Shown here one piece after another: positions 48,551 to 57,996 of a stretch of 64,000 nucleotides of DNA; position 1 is the stretch's first letter; the number at the start of each line of letters is the position of its first letter. The DNA is from an uncultured Planctomycetia bacterium (GTDB lineage Bacteria; Omnitrophota; Gorgyraeia; Duberdicusellales; 4484-171), in assembly GCA_964489445.1 (NCBI GenBank), contig CAZAYU010000007.1:37579-101578 (forward strand), written 5' to 3'. The notes under the pieces are model-generated. The model made no database searches. It had not been told where the DNA came from and worked only from the letters and a program-made list of their open reading frames with translations. The position numbers were made by a program, and so were the translations under genes.

Positions 48551-50260
48551 TTACAAGATAATATTTAGCAACCCACCAACAACTAAACTGCTGAGAAACA
48601 TAAACACAACACTCTTGCATACATCTTTAACTCCTAGCTCTTTAACTAAAACTGCAAAAGCTGCTATACATGGGAAAAACATTGCTAAAACTGTAGTAGC
48701 TACAACAAGTTGTTTGGCAGTTAAGTTAAGAGGAACAAGCATTCCAACAGCAACATCTTTACGTAAAAATCCCATTGCTAAGGCAGAGATTGATTCCTTG
48801 GGCAAACCCCATATTCTTGTAACAAGTGGCTCGGCAAGACTAGAAATTATATCAAACACTTTTAGAGAATAGAGAATATTTATAAATAAAATGCTTAACA
48901 ACACAATTGGTATAGCTTCTTTTAAAAAGCTACGTATTCTCATCCAAAGTTTTTTAAAAATAGTCTGCAAAGATGGCAAACGATAAGGAGGCACCTCCAT
49001 AATCAATCCCGGAGAACGCCCCTTGAGAATCAAATTTAATATTCTCCCCAGAACAAACCAAGAAATAAATAAGCTCAAATAAACAATCCCTATATATCTA
49101 ATATTATAGCTTCCCAGCAACCCCCAAATCATAGCTTGCAGAGCTACGCAAGGCACGCCAACGCAGATTATTGTTGAAGCAATTAATTTTTGCCTACGAT
49201 CCTCTAACGCTCGGGTTGCCATAACTCCCGGAACATTACATCCTAGTCCCAACAAAGTAGGAATAATCGCCCAGCCATGTAATCCCATTCTATGCATAAC
49301 ATTGTCTAAAAGTACTGCCAGCCTGGGTAAGTAACCAAAATCTTCTAAAAAACCCATAGCCAGATAAAAGGAAATAATATAAGGTAAAACCACTCCTAAT
49401 GGTATAAACAATCCTGTTGTAAGCAGACCAAAAGATTGCCCAAAATCAATTCCACCATTAATTAATTTACCAATTAAAATAGAGTGCAAAAAAGTTCCAG
49501 GGTGCAACAACACACTAAGTTTATTCATCAAGGGAAGCCAAAAGTTATTGAATACTGGTTCGGACAGAATATTAATTATTCCTTCACCAATAAAATGGAC
49601 AAACTTGAAAGCAATAAACATAACTACACCAGCAATCGGAATTCCAGTTAACGGCTTTACAGAGATATCACCCAGGCGCTCCAAGAAAGTATGGTGGCGA
49701 TGCTTGAGTAGTTGAACCTCGTTAACTATTTTCCCTGTTTGCGTCCATCTATCCTCTTCAGTCCGAGGAGCATCTTTAGGGCTAGAAGCGTCAGGAATGC
49801 GTCTTAACAACTGCTTAAAGCCTTCACCAGTGATTCCTACAGTAGGAACTATTGGTATGCCTAAAAGCTCTTCCATCTTTGCAACATTAATCTGGATGCC
49901 TTTGTGTTTTGCCTCATCCCAAACATTGAGAGCCATAATTACTGGTATTCCTTTTTCCAAAAGATGGAGAGTAAGATGTAGGTTCCTCTCTAAATTAGTA
50001 GCGTCAACAACATTAATAACAACATCACCGTCTTTGAGCATGTCTACGGCAATCTGTTCAGCTTTAGAAGTTGCTTCTAATCCATAAGTTCCCGGAACAT
50101 CAATTAAAATTGCTTGCTCATCTTCAACCCGCATATTCCCTTGAGTAAATTCTACAGTAGTTCCGGGATAGTTCGAAATAACTACGCTTATTCCGGTAAG
50201 CCGAGAAAAAACCGCACTCTTGCCAACATTAGGATTGCCGATGAGTAGTATTTTCTTCAT
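48551..50260 (-). CDS. feoB: Ferrous iron transporter FeoB
   Basis: GNPNVGKS, NYPGTTV, DVPG, gate domains. Confidence 0.92.
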   Translation of the reverse strand: MKKILLIGNPNVGKSAVFSRLTGISVVISNYPGTTVEFTQGNMRVEDEQAILIDVPGTYGLEATSKAEQIAVDMLKDGDVVINVVDATNLERNLHLTLHLLEKGIPVIMALNVWDEAKHKGIQINVAKMEELLGIPIVPTVGITGEGFKQLLRRIPDASSPKDAPRTEEDRWTQTGKIVNEVQLLKHRHHTFLERLGDISVKPLTGIPIAGVVMFIAFKFVHFIGEGIINILSEPVFNNFWLPLMNKLSVLLHPGTFLHSILIGKLINGGIDFGQSFGLLTTGLFIPLGVVLPYIISFYLAMGFLEDFGYLPRLAVLLDNVMHRMGLHGWAIIPTLLGLGCNVPGVMATRALEDRRQKLIASTIICVGVPCVALQAMIWGLLGSYNIRYIGIVYLSLFISWFVLGRILNLILKGRSPGLIMEVPPYRLPSLQTIFKKLWMRIRSFLKEAIPIVLLSILFINILYSLKVFDIISSLAEPLVTRIWGLPKESISALAMGFLRKDVAVGMLVPLNLTAKQLVVATTVLAMFFPCIAAFAVLVKELGVKDVCKSVVFMFLSSLVVGGLLNIIL

Positions 50261-50493
50261 CGTTCTATTTCCACAATTACTTTACAAGACATTCCGTGTC
50301 CCAAAGCTGTTTGTGCTCTACCCACTCTTACAACAACCGCTCCCTTACCAAAGCCAGAATTTACCCGAGTTACCTTTACTCCCAGACGAATCCCCATAGA
50401 AGACAGTCGGTCTCTAAATGATACGCCTCCCAAAAACTCAACAATATTACCGCTTTCTTTTGATTTCATATTATTCAACGAAATTCGTTCCAT
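50257..50493 (-). CDS. feoA: FeoA
   Basis: RLSSMGIRLG; upstream of feoB. Confidence 0.88.
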   Translation of the reverse strand: MERISLNNMKSKESGNIVEFLGGVSFRDRLSSMGIRLGVKVTRVNSGFGKGAVVVRVGRAQTALGHGMSCKVIVEIER

Positions 50494-50587
50494 TAATTTT
50501 CCTATCCTTTCTTTTAAACAATTTTACTACTATTGTTTTTCCAGCTAAAACAATATTTTTTATTTTTCTCGCCTTAAAATTAGCACT

Positions 50588-51061
50588 TTATTTGGTAGGC
50601 CTTTTTAAATGCGCCGGCGTCAGGTCAACTATATCTTCAACCTCAATTTCAATGATGTACTGCACTTTCGGGAAAAGCGCCTCTGGATGATAGCTATTTT
50701 TGTGTTCCTCTCGGATGTCTCTGAGCACCCGTTTAGAAGCCCTTTGGACAACCACATCGTTCCATTTACGAATTAATTCTGAATTGAATTCTGCTATTTC
50801 AACGATCTTACCCTTACCTTTTAAGGTAAAGCCAATAAACTGCCTCTCATCAATAACAGTAACAGAAATAATAGAATTATTTTGTAAATTATGGAATGTG
50901 TTTGTCCTGAAAAGATCAGTAAAATATATTTTGCCTTGCCTCTCAGCTTCGGCAAACCCTTTTACCGAACAATGAATCTTTCCTTCCTGGGTCAAAGAAG
51001 AAATAACTGCAAACCCTTTGTTCTCAAATAATAGGATTATTTCTCTCGAAAGATTAATCAT
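50588..51061 (-). CDS. Pyridoxamine 5'-phosphate oxidase-like FMN-binding protein
   Basis: SVKG...TFHNL...GFTLKGKG split-barrel pattern. Confidence 0.7.
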   Translation of the reverse strand: MINLSREIILLFENKGFAVISSLTQEGKIHCSVKGFAEAERQGKIYFTDLFRTNTFHNLQNNSIISVTVIDERQFIGFTLKGKGKIVEIAEFNSELIRKWNDVVVQRASKRVLRDIREEHKNSYHPEALFPKVQYIIEIEVEDIVDLTPAHLKRPTK

Positions 51062-51113
51062 CTATCCCGCCATATACATAACTCTCAGCCCTAGTTAAAA
51101 TAAAAGCCAATAA

Positions 51114-51689
51114 CTAATAATTTTCCGCTAATATTTCGTAATAACTTTGAGGATGCTTACAAGCCGGGCACATATCCGGAGCTTCGCTTCCCCCATGTAT
51201 GTAGCCACAATTACGACATTTCCATTTTACCGCTTTTTCTTTTTTAAATACTGTGCCGTCATTTATATTTTTAAGAAGTCTCCTGTAACGTTTCTCATGT
51301 TCTTCTTCAACTTCCGCAATCTCTTTAAAGTTATCAGCTATTTCCGTAAAACCTTCTTCCCGGGCAGTATCTTCAGCTTCCTTGTATAGTTTTGTCCACT
51401 CTTTGTTCTCGCCATCCGCCGACCGCTCCAAATGAATTGCTGTATTCTCAATAGTTCCAGCTGGATAAGAAGCGACAATTTCAATTTCTCCGCCTTCTAA
51501 AAATTTAAAAAATCGTTTGGCATGCTCCTTTTCATTCTCGGCAGTTTCTAGGAATATCCCGGCAATCTGTTCATAACCAGCTTTTTTAGCAACACTCGCA
51601 AAATACGTGTATCGATTCCTAGCCTGCGATTCTCCAGCAAATGAAGCCAATAAATTTTTTTCCGTTTTTGTTCCTTTCACACTTTTCAT
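51114..51689 (-). CDS. rbr: Rubrerythrin
   Basis: FAGESQARNRY, EKEHA, EEEH, CRNCGY...CPAC. Confidence 0.95.
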   Translation of the reverse strand: MKSVKGTKTEKNLLASFAGESQARNRYTYFASVAKKAGYEQIAGIFLETAENEKEHAKRFFKFLEGGEIEIVASYPAGTIENTAIHLERSADGENKEWTKLYKEAEDTAREEGFTEIADNFKEIAEVEEEHEKRYRRLLKNINDGTVFKKEKAVKWKCRNCGYIHGGSEAPDMCPACKHPQSYYEILAENY

Positions 51690-52849
51690 CTTAATCCTCC
51701 TTTTACACTTTTACTTATATCTGTTAATGTCTGTTCATCCGGTAGATACTGAACTTTAATCGGCTCCATTATTGTAAAGCCACAGTCAGTCAACACTTCA
51801 TTGATTAACTCTATACTTTGCCCTCCCCATCCATAGGACCCAAAGCTTAAACCTGTCCGATTTTTAGGAGCAAGACCTTTCATGTACGACAAAAATGCAG
51901 CCACTTTAGGCAGCAAACCGTTGTTTAGTGTTGATGACCCAACGCAAATATACTTAGCAGTCAAAAGCTCCTTCATTACATCTGAAATATGATTTGTTTG
52001 TAGATTCAACATAACCGCTGAGATATCTGACTGTTCAAACCCATTTTTAATTGCTTTAGCAATATTTTCTGTCGAATGCCACATCGTGTCATAAATAATT
52101 ACCGCTTTATTTTCCGTATAATTATCTGCCCATTTTTGGTAAAGATTAACAATTTGCTTTAAATACTTCTGCCAAATAATCCCATGGCTAGGAGCGACTA
52201 TCTCGATGTCCATCTTTAGCACTTCATCTAAGGCTTTTTTAACCTGAACTCCATAAGGAAGAACAATATTAGCATAATATTTTTTTGCTTCTTCTTCCAA
52301 TATTCCAAAATCAAATTGTTTATCAAAGCGCTGTACAGACGCGATATGCTGGCCAAAAGCATCGTTTGAAAAAAGTATTTTTTCTTGCACTAAGCAGGTA
52401 ACCATTGAATCTGGCCAGTGAACCATAGGCGTAAGCAAAAACTTTAACGTTTTGCTTCCTATACATATGGAATCTCCGGAAGAAACCACCTGGAAATTCC
52501 ATTCTTGCCGAAAGTGTTTCTGAAGCCCTTTTTTTCCGTTAGGTGAAGTTATTATTTTTGCATTTTTAGCGATTTTAATTATTTGGGGCAACCCTCCAGA
52601 ATGATCCATCTCCACATGGTTGGAAATAATGTAGTCAATTTTTGCCGGATCAATTACTTGACTGATTCTTTCCAACATCTCGTCAAATAGATGCTCCTTG
52701 ACTGTATCAACCAACGTCACTTTCTCATCGATAATCAAATAGGAGTTATATGTGCTTCCTCGCTGGGTAAGATACCCATGAAAATTGCGTAAATCCCAAT
52801 CAACTGCGCCAACCCAATAAACATCTTTTTTAATTTCGACAGGTAACAT
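51686..52849 (-). CDS. fprA: Flavodiiron protein FprA
   Basis: NHVEMDHSG, HWPD, DAFGQH, flavodoxin GSYGW; likely start ATG 52849. Confidence 0.92.
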   Translation of the reverse strand: MLPVEIKKDVYWVGAVDWDLRNFHGYLTQRGSTYNSYLIIDEKVTLVDTVKEHLFDEMLERISQVIDPAKIDYIISNHVEMDHSGGLPQIIKIAKNAKIITSPNGKKGLQKHFRQEWNFQVVSSGDSICIGSKTLKFLLTPMVHWPDSMVTCLVQEKILFSNDAFGQHIASVQRFDKQFDFGILEEEAKKYYANIVLPYGVQVKKALDEVLKMDIEIVAPSHGIIWQKYLKQIVNLYQKWADNYTENKAVIIYDTMWHSTENIAKAIKNGFEQSDISAVMLNLQTNHISDVMKELLTAKYICVGSSTLNNGLLPKVAAFLSYMKGLAPKNRTGLSFGSYGWGGQSIELINEVLTDCGFTIMEPIKVQYLPDEQTLTDISKSVKGGLR

Positions 52850-52859
52850 TTTCAAATAC

Positions 52860-53003
52860 TTACTCCTCAACCAGCTCAAACTGATCTTTTCCTACACCAC
52901 ATTCTGGGCAAACCCAATCTTCAGGTAAGCTACCAAATTCAACATTACTATTTTCTGCTGGATCATAAATATAGCCACAAACCAAACACCTATACTTTTT
53001 CAT
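52860..53003 (-). CDS. Rubredoxin (47 aa, not in ORF track)
   Basis: [15 protein letters not shown]...[17 protein letters not shown]; GGAGG RBS. Confidence 0.95.
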   Translation of the reverse strand: MKKYRCLVCGYIYDPAENSNVEFGSLPEDWVCPECGVGKDQFELVEE

Positions 53004-53016
53004 CCTTACCTCCTAA

Positions 53017-53727
53017 TTAATAGCCAATAAAGTTTTCTGTCTTTACCTTTTCCGGATTACATCCGATTTCCAAGCAAATATCTTTCATCGCAGAAACCAT
53101 CCTTGGCGGCCCAAAAATAAAAAATACCTGATCCTGATAATCATTGATTTTATCTTTAATCATATTCTGGTCAATAACTCCTGACAAGTACTGTTTATTT
53201 TCAAAAGGCGGATTAATAAGCGTATAGAACACATTAATATTTTCATTGTCTCCACTGTAAGAATCAAGCTCTCTTTTGAAAGCAATGTCAGCCTCTGCCA
53301 TGTTAGAGTACAATAAGCAAACGTGTGTGTTCATCTTCTGACCAATGATATGTTCAATTATTGAAATAACCGGAGTTATCCCAATACCACCGATTAAAAA
53401 AGAAATCTTTTGGTAATCTGGTTTAAGTATGCAATTACCCATCGGCAGACTAAACAAAACACGCTCACCTTCCCTTAAACCTGCTAATTGTTGGGAAAAT
53501 TGACTATTAGAGATTTTTTTTGTTATTTCAATAATTCCTTTTTCTGGAGCGCAGGAAAAGGAAAGATATTTATTCAAGGTGCGATCATCCCGATTTTGCT
53601 GATTAAGTATAACCTCTAAAAATTGCCCTGGAATAAAACTTAGTGACTTTTCGGGCTGAAACTGAAAGCTGAATACATTGGGCGTCCTCTGTATCTTTTT
53701 GGTCAACGTGCCTTCTAAATTTTCCAT
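53017..53727 (-). CDS. FNR-family FAD/NAD(P)H oxidoreductase
   Basis: FIPGQF, GGIGITP, GPPRMV, ENFIGY. Confidence 0.85.
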   Translation of the reverse strand: MENLEGTLTKKIQRTPNVFSFQFQPEKSLSFIPGQFLEVILNQQNRDDRTLNKYLSFSCAPEKGIIEITKKISNSQFSQQLAGLREGERVLFSLPMGNCILKPDYQKISFLIGGIGITPVISIIEHIIGQKMNTHVCLLYSNMAEADIAFKRELDSYSGDNENINVFYTLINPPFENKQYLSGVIDQNMIKDKINDYQDQVFFIFGPPRMVSAMKDICLEIGCNPEKVKTENFIGY

Positions 53728-53747
53728 GCTACCTCCTGATTACTCAT

Positions 53748-53794
53748 GGCAACCTGTAAAATTAAATATTACATATTTTATTTTACAGGTTGCC
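53748..53794. other. Long hairpin / inverted repeat between hcp and oxidoreductase
   Basis: 22-bp arms with one mismatch, 3-nt loop. Confidence 0.8.
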
Positions 53795-53893
53795 TACTTG
53801 CCTAAATGTTATTCAGCTGATGCTAATATACTTTAAGTTAGCCCTATTATCAACATAATTTTTAGCTTCTCAAAAAAAAATGCCGACTGATTT

Positions 53894-55552
53894 TTACTGC
53901 CCTTTCGATATCGCTTCTACATCTTTTTTCACATCAGCAACTAACTTTATGCTAAATTTTTCCACCAATATTTTGGCTACTCCTGGCGACAAAAAAGCTG
54001 GAAGCGTTGGGCCTAGGCGAATTCCTTTTATTCCTAAATGTAAAAGCGCCAGCAATACAGTGACTGCTTTCTGCTCATACCAACCAAGATCAAAAGAAAT
54101 TGGCAATTCATTGATATCCTCTAAGCCGAATACTTCTTTTAATTTTAAAGCAACCACTACTAACGAATATGAATCATTGCATTGCCCGGCATCTAAAACC
54201 CTGGGTATTCCGTCGATAGAGCCAAGATTTAACTTATTGTATCGATATTTTGCACATCCAGCAGTCAAGATCACCATATCCTTAGGTAAGGATTTTGCTA
54301 ACTCTGTAAAATAACTTCTATCATTCTGTCTTCCATCACATCCAGCCATCACCACAAAGCGCTTAATCGCCCCGGATTTAACTGCTGAGACCACCTTATC
54401 TGCCAACGCTAGAACTTGTTTATGGGCAAAACCGCCGATTATCTCTCCGGTTTCTATCTCTGTTGGAGCTGGACATTGTTTAGCTAAGGCAATAATTTCT
54501 GAGAAATCCTTCATCTTGCCTTGCTTGCGATCCGCTACATGTTTTACTCCAGGATACCCTGCTATCCCAGTAGTGAATATCCTTCTCTGGTAAGAGTCCT
54601 TAACCGGAACGATACAATTAGTAGTCATTAGAATTGGTCCGTTAAATGATTCGAATTCCTTATTTTGCTTCCACCAAGAGCCACCATAGTTGCCGATAAA
54701 ATGTTTGTACTTCTTTAACTCTGGATAATAGTGTGCCGGAAGCATTTCCCCGTGAGTATACACATCAACATCTGTTTCCGCAGTTTGCTTGAGCAGCTCC
54801 TCAATATCTTTTAGATCGTGCCCGGAAACAAGAATTCCCGGTTTCGTTCCCACACCAATATTTACTTTTGTTATCTCCGGATTTCCATAAGCTAAGGTAT
54901 TTGCTTTATCTAGCGAAGCCATAACCCCCACAGCATTATTCCCTGCATCAAGAACAAGAGTAATTAACTCATCTGCTGATAAATCTTTAACCATTGAAGA
55001 CAACGCTTTAATTACAAATTCACAGACCTCTTTGTTTTTCTCACCTAGTATTTCGGCATGATCCCAATAAGCAGCAATACCTTTAACACCATACAGCAAA
55101 AGCTCACGCAATGAACGGATATCTTCGTTTTCTGTCGCTAAAACTCCTACTGTTTCTGCTTTTTTTAAAAATTCTTCTTGGGTCTTTGCCTTCCAGGTTA
55201 CACAATCTGGACGATCACAAGAACACTGTTCTCCCTTACATTCCAGGCCAGCAATGAGCATCTGATATAAATCATCTCGACGGCGCAACGCTTCCTTGAT
55301 TAACTCGCTTATTCGCTGAGAATCAAAGTTTGTATTAGTCACTGTTGCAAATAAGGCCTTCATTATAAACGGACCGTTATCTTCAGGGTAGCTGGCACCA
55401 AGTTCTTGTTTTTTCTCCTCACAAAGAGATAACCCTTTCAGCACATAAATTAAAACATCCTGCAACCCAGCGACTTCTGCATTTTTCCCACAAACGCCCC
55501 CCTTTGTGCAGCCAATATTTTGTGCTGTTTCTTGACACTGATAACAAAACAT
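53894..55552 (-). CDS. hcp: Hybrid cluster protein
   Basis: MFCYQCQET...C...GVCGK, THGEM, AGCD, GQCNDSY, WYEQK. Confidence 0.96.
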   Translation of the reverse strand: MFCYQCQETAQNIGCTKGGVCGKNAEVAGLQDVLIYVLKGLSLCEEKKQELGASYPEDNGPFIMKALFATVTNTNFDSQRISELIKEALRRRDDLYQMLIAGLECKGEQCSCDRPDCVTWKAKTQEEFLKKAETVGVLATENEDIRSLRELLLYGVKGIAAYWDHAEILGEKNKEVCEFVIKALSSMVKDLSADELITLVLDAGNNAVGVMASLDKANTLAYGNPEITKVNIGVGTKPGILVSGHDLKDIEELLKQTAETDVDVYTHGEMLPAHYYPELKKYKHFIGNYGGSWWKQNKEFESFNGPILMTTNCIVPVKDSYQRRIFTTGIAGYPGVKHVADRKQGKMKDFSEIIALAKQCPAPTEIETGEIIGGFAHKQVLALADKVVSAVKSGAIKRFVVMAGCDGRQNDRSYFTELAKSLPKDMVILTAGCAKYRYNKLNLGSIDGIPRVLDAGQCNDSYSLVVVALKLKEVFGLEDINELPISFDLGWYEQKAVTVLLALLHLGIKGIRLGPTLPAFLSPGVAKILVEKFSIKLVADVKKDVEAISKGQ

Positions 55553-55603
55553 ATGTTTTCTCCTTTTTTAATTATACTGCCTTTATCTATTTTCAATTAT
55601 TTT

Positions 55604-55999
55604 CTAAATAATAGAGTCAATTGTTATTACTTTTAATCCGGAAAGCATTATTTTTTCTAACTTATCTAATCTTTTCTTTAATGTACATTTTTTTATCTCC
55701 GGGCATTCTCTTTTCATAAAAGTATGGTCATTCAGCATTACTGGCCCCTGCAATGCCAATATAACATCCAACAACGATATGCTGTCTGGAGAAGCTGCTA
55801 AAGAAAAACCACCTCCTTTTCCTCGATAAGAATGCACTATGGACTTTTTACCTAATCTTTGAAGAATCTTTCTTAAAAACGGCCTGGGCATTTTTAAACA
55901 TTTAGACAACTCCAAGACAGTAGCTTTCTTATCTTTATTCTTAGCCATGCAACATAACGCTCTAATTGCATAATCTGTATCACGAGTAATTAATTTCAT
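55604..55999 (-). CDS. Rrf2-family transcriptional regulator
   Basis: TDYAIRAL, FLRKILQRL, SYRGKGGGF. Confidence 0.92.
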   Translation of the reverse strand: MKLITRDTDYAIRALCCMAKNKDKKATVLELSKCLKMPRPFLRKILQRLGKKSIVHSYRGKGGGFSLAASPDSISLLDVILALQGPVMLNDHTFMKRECPEIKKCTLKKRLDKLEKIMLSGLKVITIDSII

Positions 56000-56152
56000 T
56001 TCTAGCCCTTCTTTTTGTACTCTTTCCTTTTCATTCTTAGGCAGTTTAATGTCATACCCGGGACATCATACGGCAGCCTTCTTTGCAGTGAGCTACCGGC
56101 CGAAGTAAATATTTTATAGTTATTCGCATTGGACACCTCCTTCTTAACAAGA

Positions 56153-56180
56153 ATGATACTACATTAGTCTCTTTTGTCAA
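56153..56180 (-). promoter_or_regulatory. Promoter with candidate Rrf2 operator
   Basis: TTGACA at 56180-56175; IR GATACTA-CAT-TAGTCTC over the spacer and -10. Confidence 0.55.
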
Positions 56181-56190
56181 GAAAATTTTT

Positions 56191-56463
56191 TTATATTTTT
56201 CTGAAAAGAATTAGTGCTCCAATAGCAATAAACAACACTGCTCCAAAATAACGGATCGCCTCCGGTCGGATATATTTCCCAAATGCAGCACCAACAAATA
56301 CCGCTATTGCCGTAACCAGAGCATACGCAGATACTGAAGCAAAAAATACTATCCACGGTTTTCCCGATTTTGCAGACATACCAATACTCACCATCTGCGT
56401 CTTATCGGCTAACTCTGCTAAAAATATCGCACCAAAAGCGGTTAAGAATATCTTCCAATCCAT
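56191..56463 (-). CDS. TMEM165/GDT1 (UPF0016) single-repeat protein
   Basis: FLAELADKTQ motif. Confidence 0.88.
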   Translation of the reverse strand: MDWKIFLTAFGAIFLAELADKTQMVSIGMSAKSGKPWIVFFASVSAYALVTAIAVFVGAAFGKYIRPEAIRYFGAVLFIAIGALILFRKI

Positions 56464-56540
56464 GATATTAACACCCTACATCCATTACTATTGCACCTTA
56501 TTCCTTATATAAATTCTTTGCCATATTCAAAAAAATATCA

Positions 56541-57197
56541 TCATAAAGGATATTGTTCGATTTTCTTAACCAAACTATCAATTTCTTCAGCAACCGCCCC
56601 AGGGAGAATCTGAAGAGTATCAATCTCTCTCTTAAAAGACCTAAGTACCGCTAAAAAACGATGAATCGCAAAATTAGCAGAACGTGTACGTTCTTTTTCA
56701 GGATCAAGTGCTTTTCTCTGCTTGCTCATCAAAGCGGTTAAATCTTTTTTAACTGTTTGATGATCCCTGCCTTCATCGAGCAATTCTTTTTTTATTTTTC
56801 GGTATCCGTTGTCATCTAAGTTCTTTTTTGCTTTTTGCAATGTGCTTATTGTATCTAGACTTACTGGCTCCTCCTTCTTGTTGTCAGCGCCACTTTCAGA
56901 CTGTAAATACAAGTCTCCTTCCTTTTTCAAAAATACATAAGACCGAATTAATTTCATTGCTGTATTTTTTCGAATATTAACTTCTTTAGCCGTATATTGA
57001 TCAAATGTTTCATACCCCCATTTTATGTAATGCTTTTCCTTCCAAACAACCTGAAGCGCCTTAGCCAAATTACGCCAAGAACTTTTAAAGTCGCGAGTCG
57101 CGTCTAAAACCGCATTTCTTGCTTCTTCACTTCCAATGCTAGTTTTTAAGCTGTCCGATTGTCCGAGAACATCCATTTTTTCATTTTCTACTTGCAT
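56541..57197 (-). CDS. Hypothetical protein
   Basis: FKSSWRNLAKAL...WGYETFDQY...KLIRSY; RBS present. Confidence 0.65.
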   Translation of the reverse strand: MQVENEKMDVLGQSDSLKTSIGSEEARNAVLDATRDFKSSWRNLAKALQVVWKEKHYIKWGYETFDQYTAKEVNIRKNTAMKLIRSYVFLKKEGDLYLQSESGADNKKEEPVSLDTISTLQKAKKNLDDNGYRKIKKELLDEGRDHQTVKKDLTALMSKQRKALDPEKERTRSANFAIHRFLAVLRSFKREIDTLQILPGAVAEEIDSLVKKIEQYPL

Positions 57198-57252
57198 AAA
57201 GTAAACTCCTTATAGTCTTATTTTGCTAACCTTATCTCCCCCTGCCGATTGC

Positions 57253-57975
57253 CTAACAAGAGAATGCTTTCTCTAAATGACTGCGAGTAGTATCCCTTAA
57301 TTTAATAAAATCACCCGGATTGTAATTTTCTACTTCTATCGCCGGAAGAACAGTTAATTCCATAAAAACTCCTGTTCTAAATATCCAACTTCCTTTAGGT
57401 ATCGCATCTCTTGTTCCTTTTACACAAACTGGTAAAACTGCAACTTTCTCTTTTATTGCTAATTTAAATGCTCCATTCTGAAATTTATTCATCTTGTCAG
57501 TATTACTGCGTGTTCCTTCCGGAAAAAACAACACAGACATTCCATTGCTAATCCATTCAGATGCCTGACGATAAATTTTTTTTATACTTTCCATCTTCCC
57601 CCGAGAAAGCTTAATGTGCTTGCCCATTGAAAGACACCAGCCAATAAATGGCACCTTAAACAAGCTCTCCTTTGACACCCACTTAAACTGCATCCTTAAC
57701 TTGTACATTACCACAATGTCTGCTAAGCTTTGGTGGTTAGACACAACCACATATGTCCGCTGATGATCAATATGCTCTAGCCCGTTAACTTTCACATTCC
57801 AATAAGGATTTAAGCCAATTAGCACATTTGCCCACCAAAAACATTGAGCATGGATAATCCTTCTTTGTTTGTCAAAAGGAAACAAAATTAACAATAGAAA
57901 AAAATCAACCAAAAATAAGATAATTGTCACTACCAAAGCAACCAACCAAATCAAGATTGATAAAAGCACTTTCAT
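57253..57975 (-). CDS. plsC: 1-acyl-sn-glycerol-3-phosphate acyltransferase
   Basis: NHQSLAD, FFPEGTRS. Confidence 0.88.
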   Translation of the reverse strand: MKVLLSILIWLVALVVTIILFLVDFFLLLILFPFDKQRRIIHAQCFWWANVLIGLNPYWNVKVNGLEHIDHQRTYVVVSNHQSLADIVVMYKLRMQFKWVSKESLFKVPFIGWCLSMGKHIKLSRGKMESIKKIYRQASEWISNGMSVLFFPEGTRSNTDKMNKFQNGAFKLAIKEKVAVLPVCVKGTRDAIPKGSWIFRTGVFMELTVLPAIEVENYNPGDFIKLRDTTRSHLEKAFSC

Positions 57976-57996
57976 ACTATGTTATTTTTTAACGAG

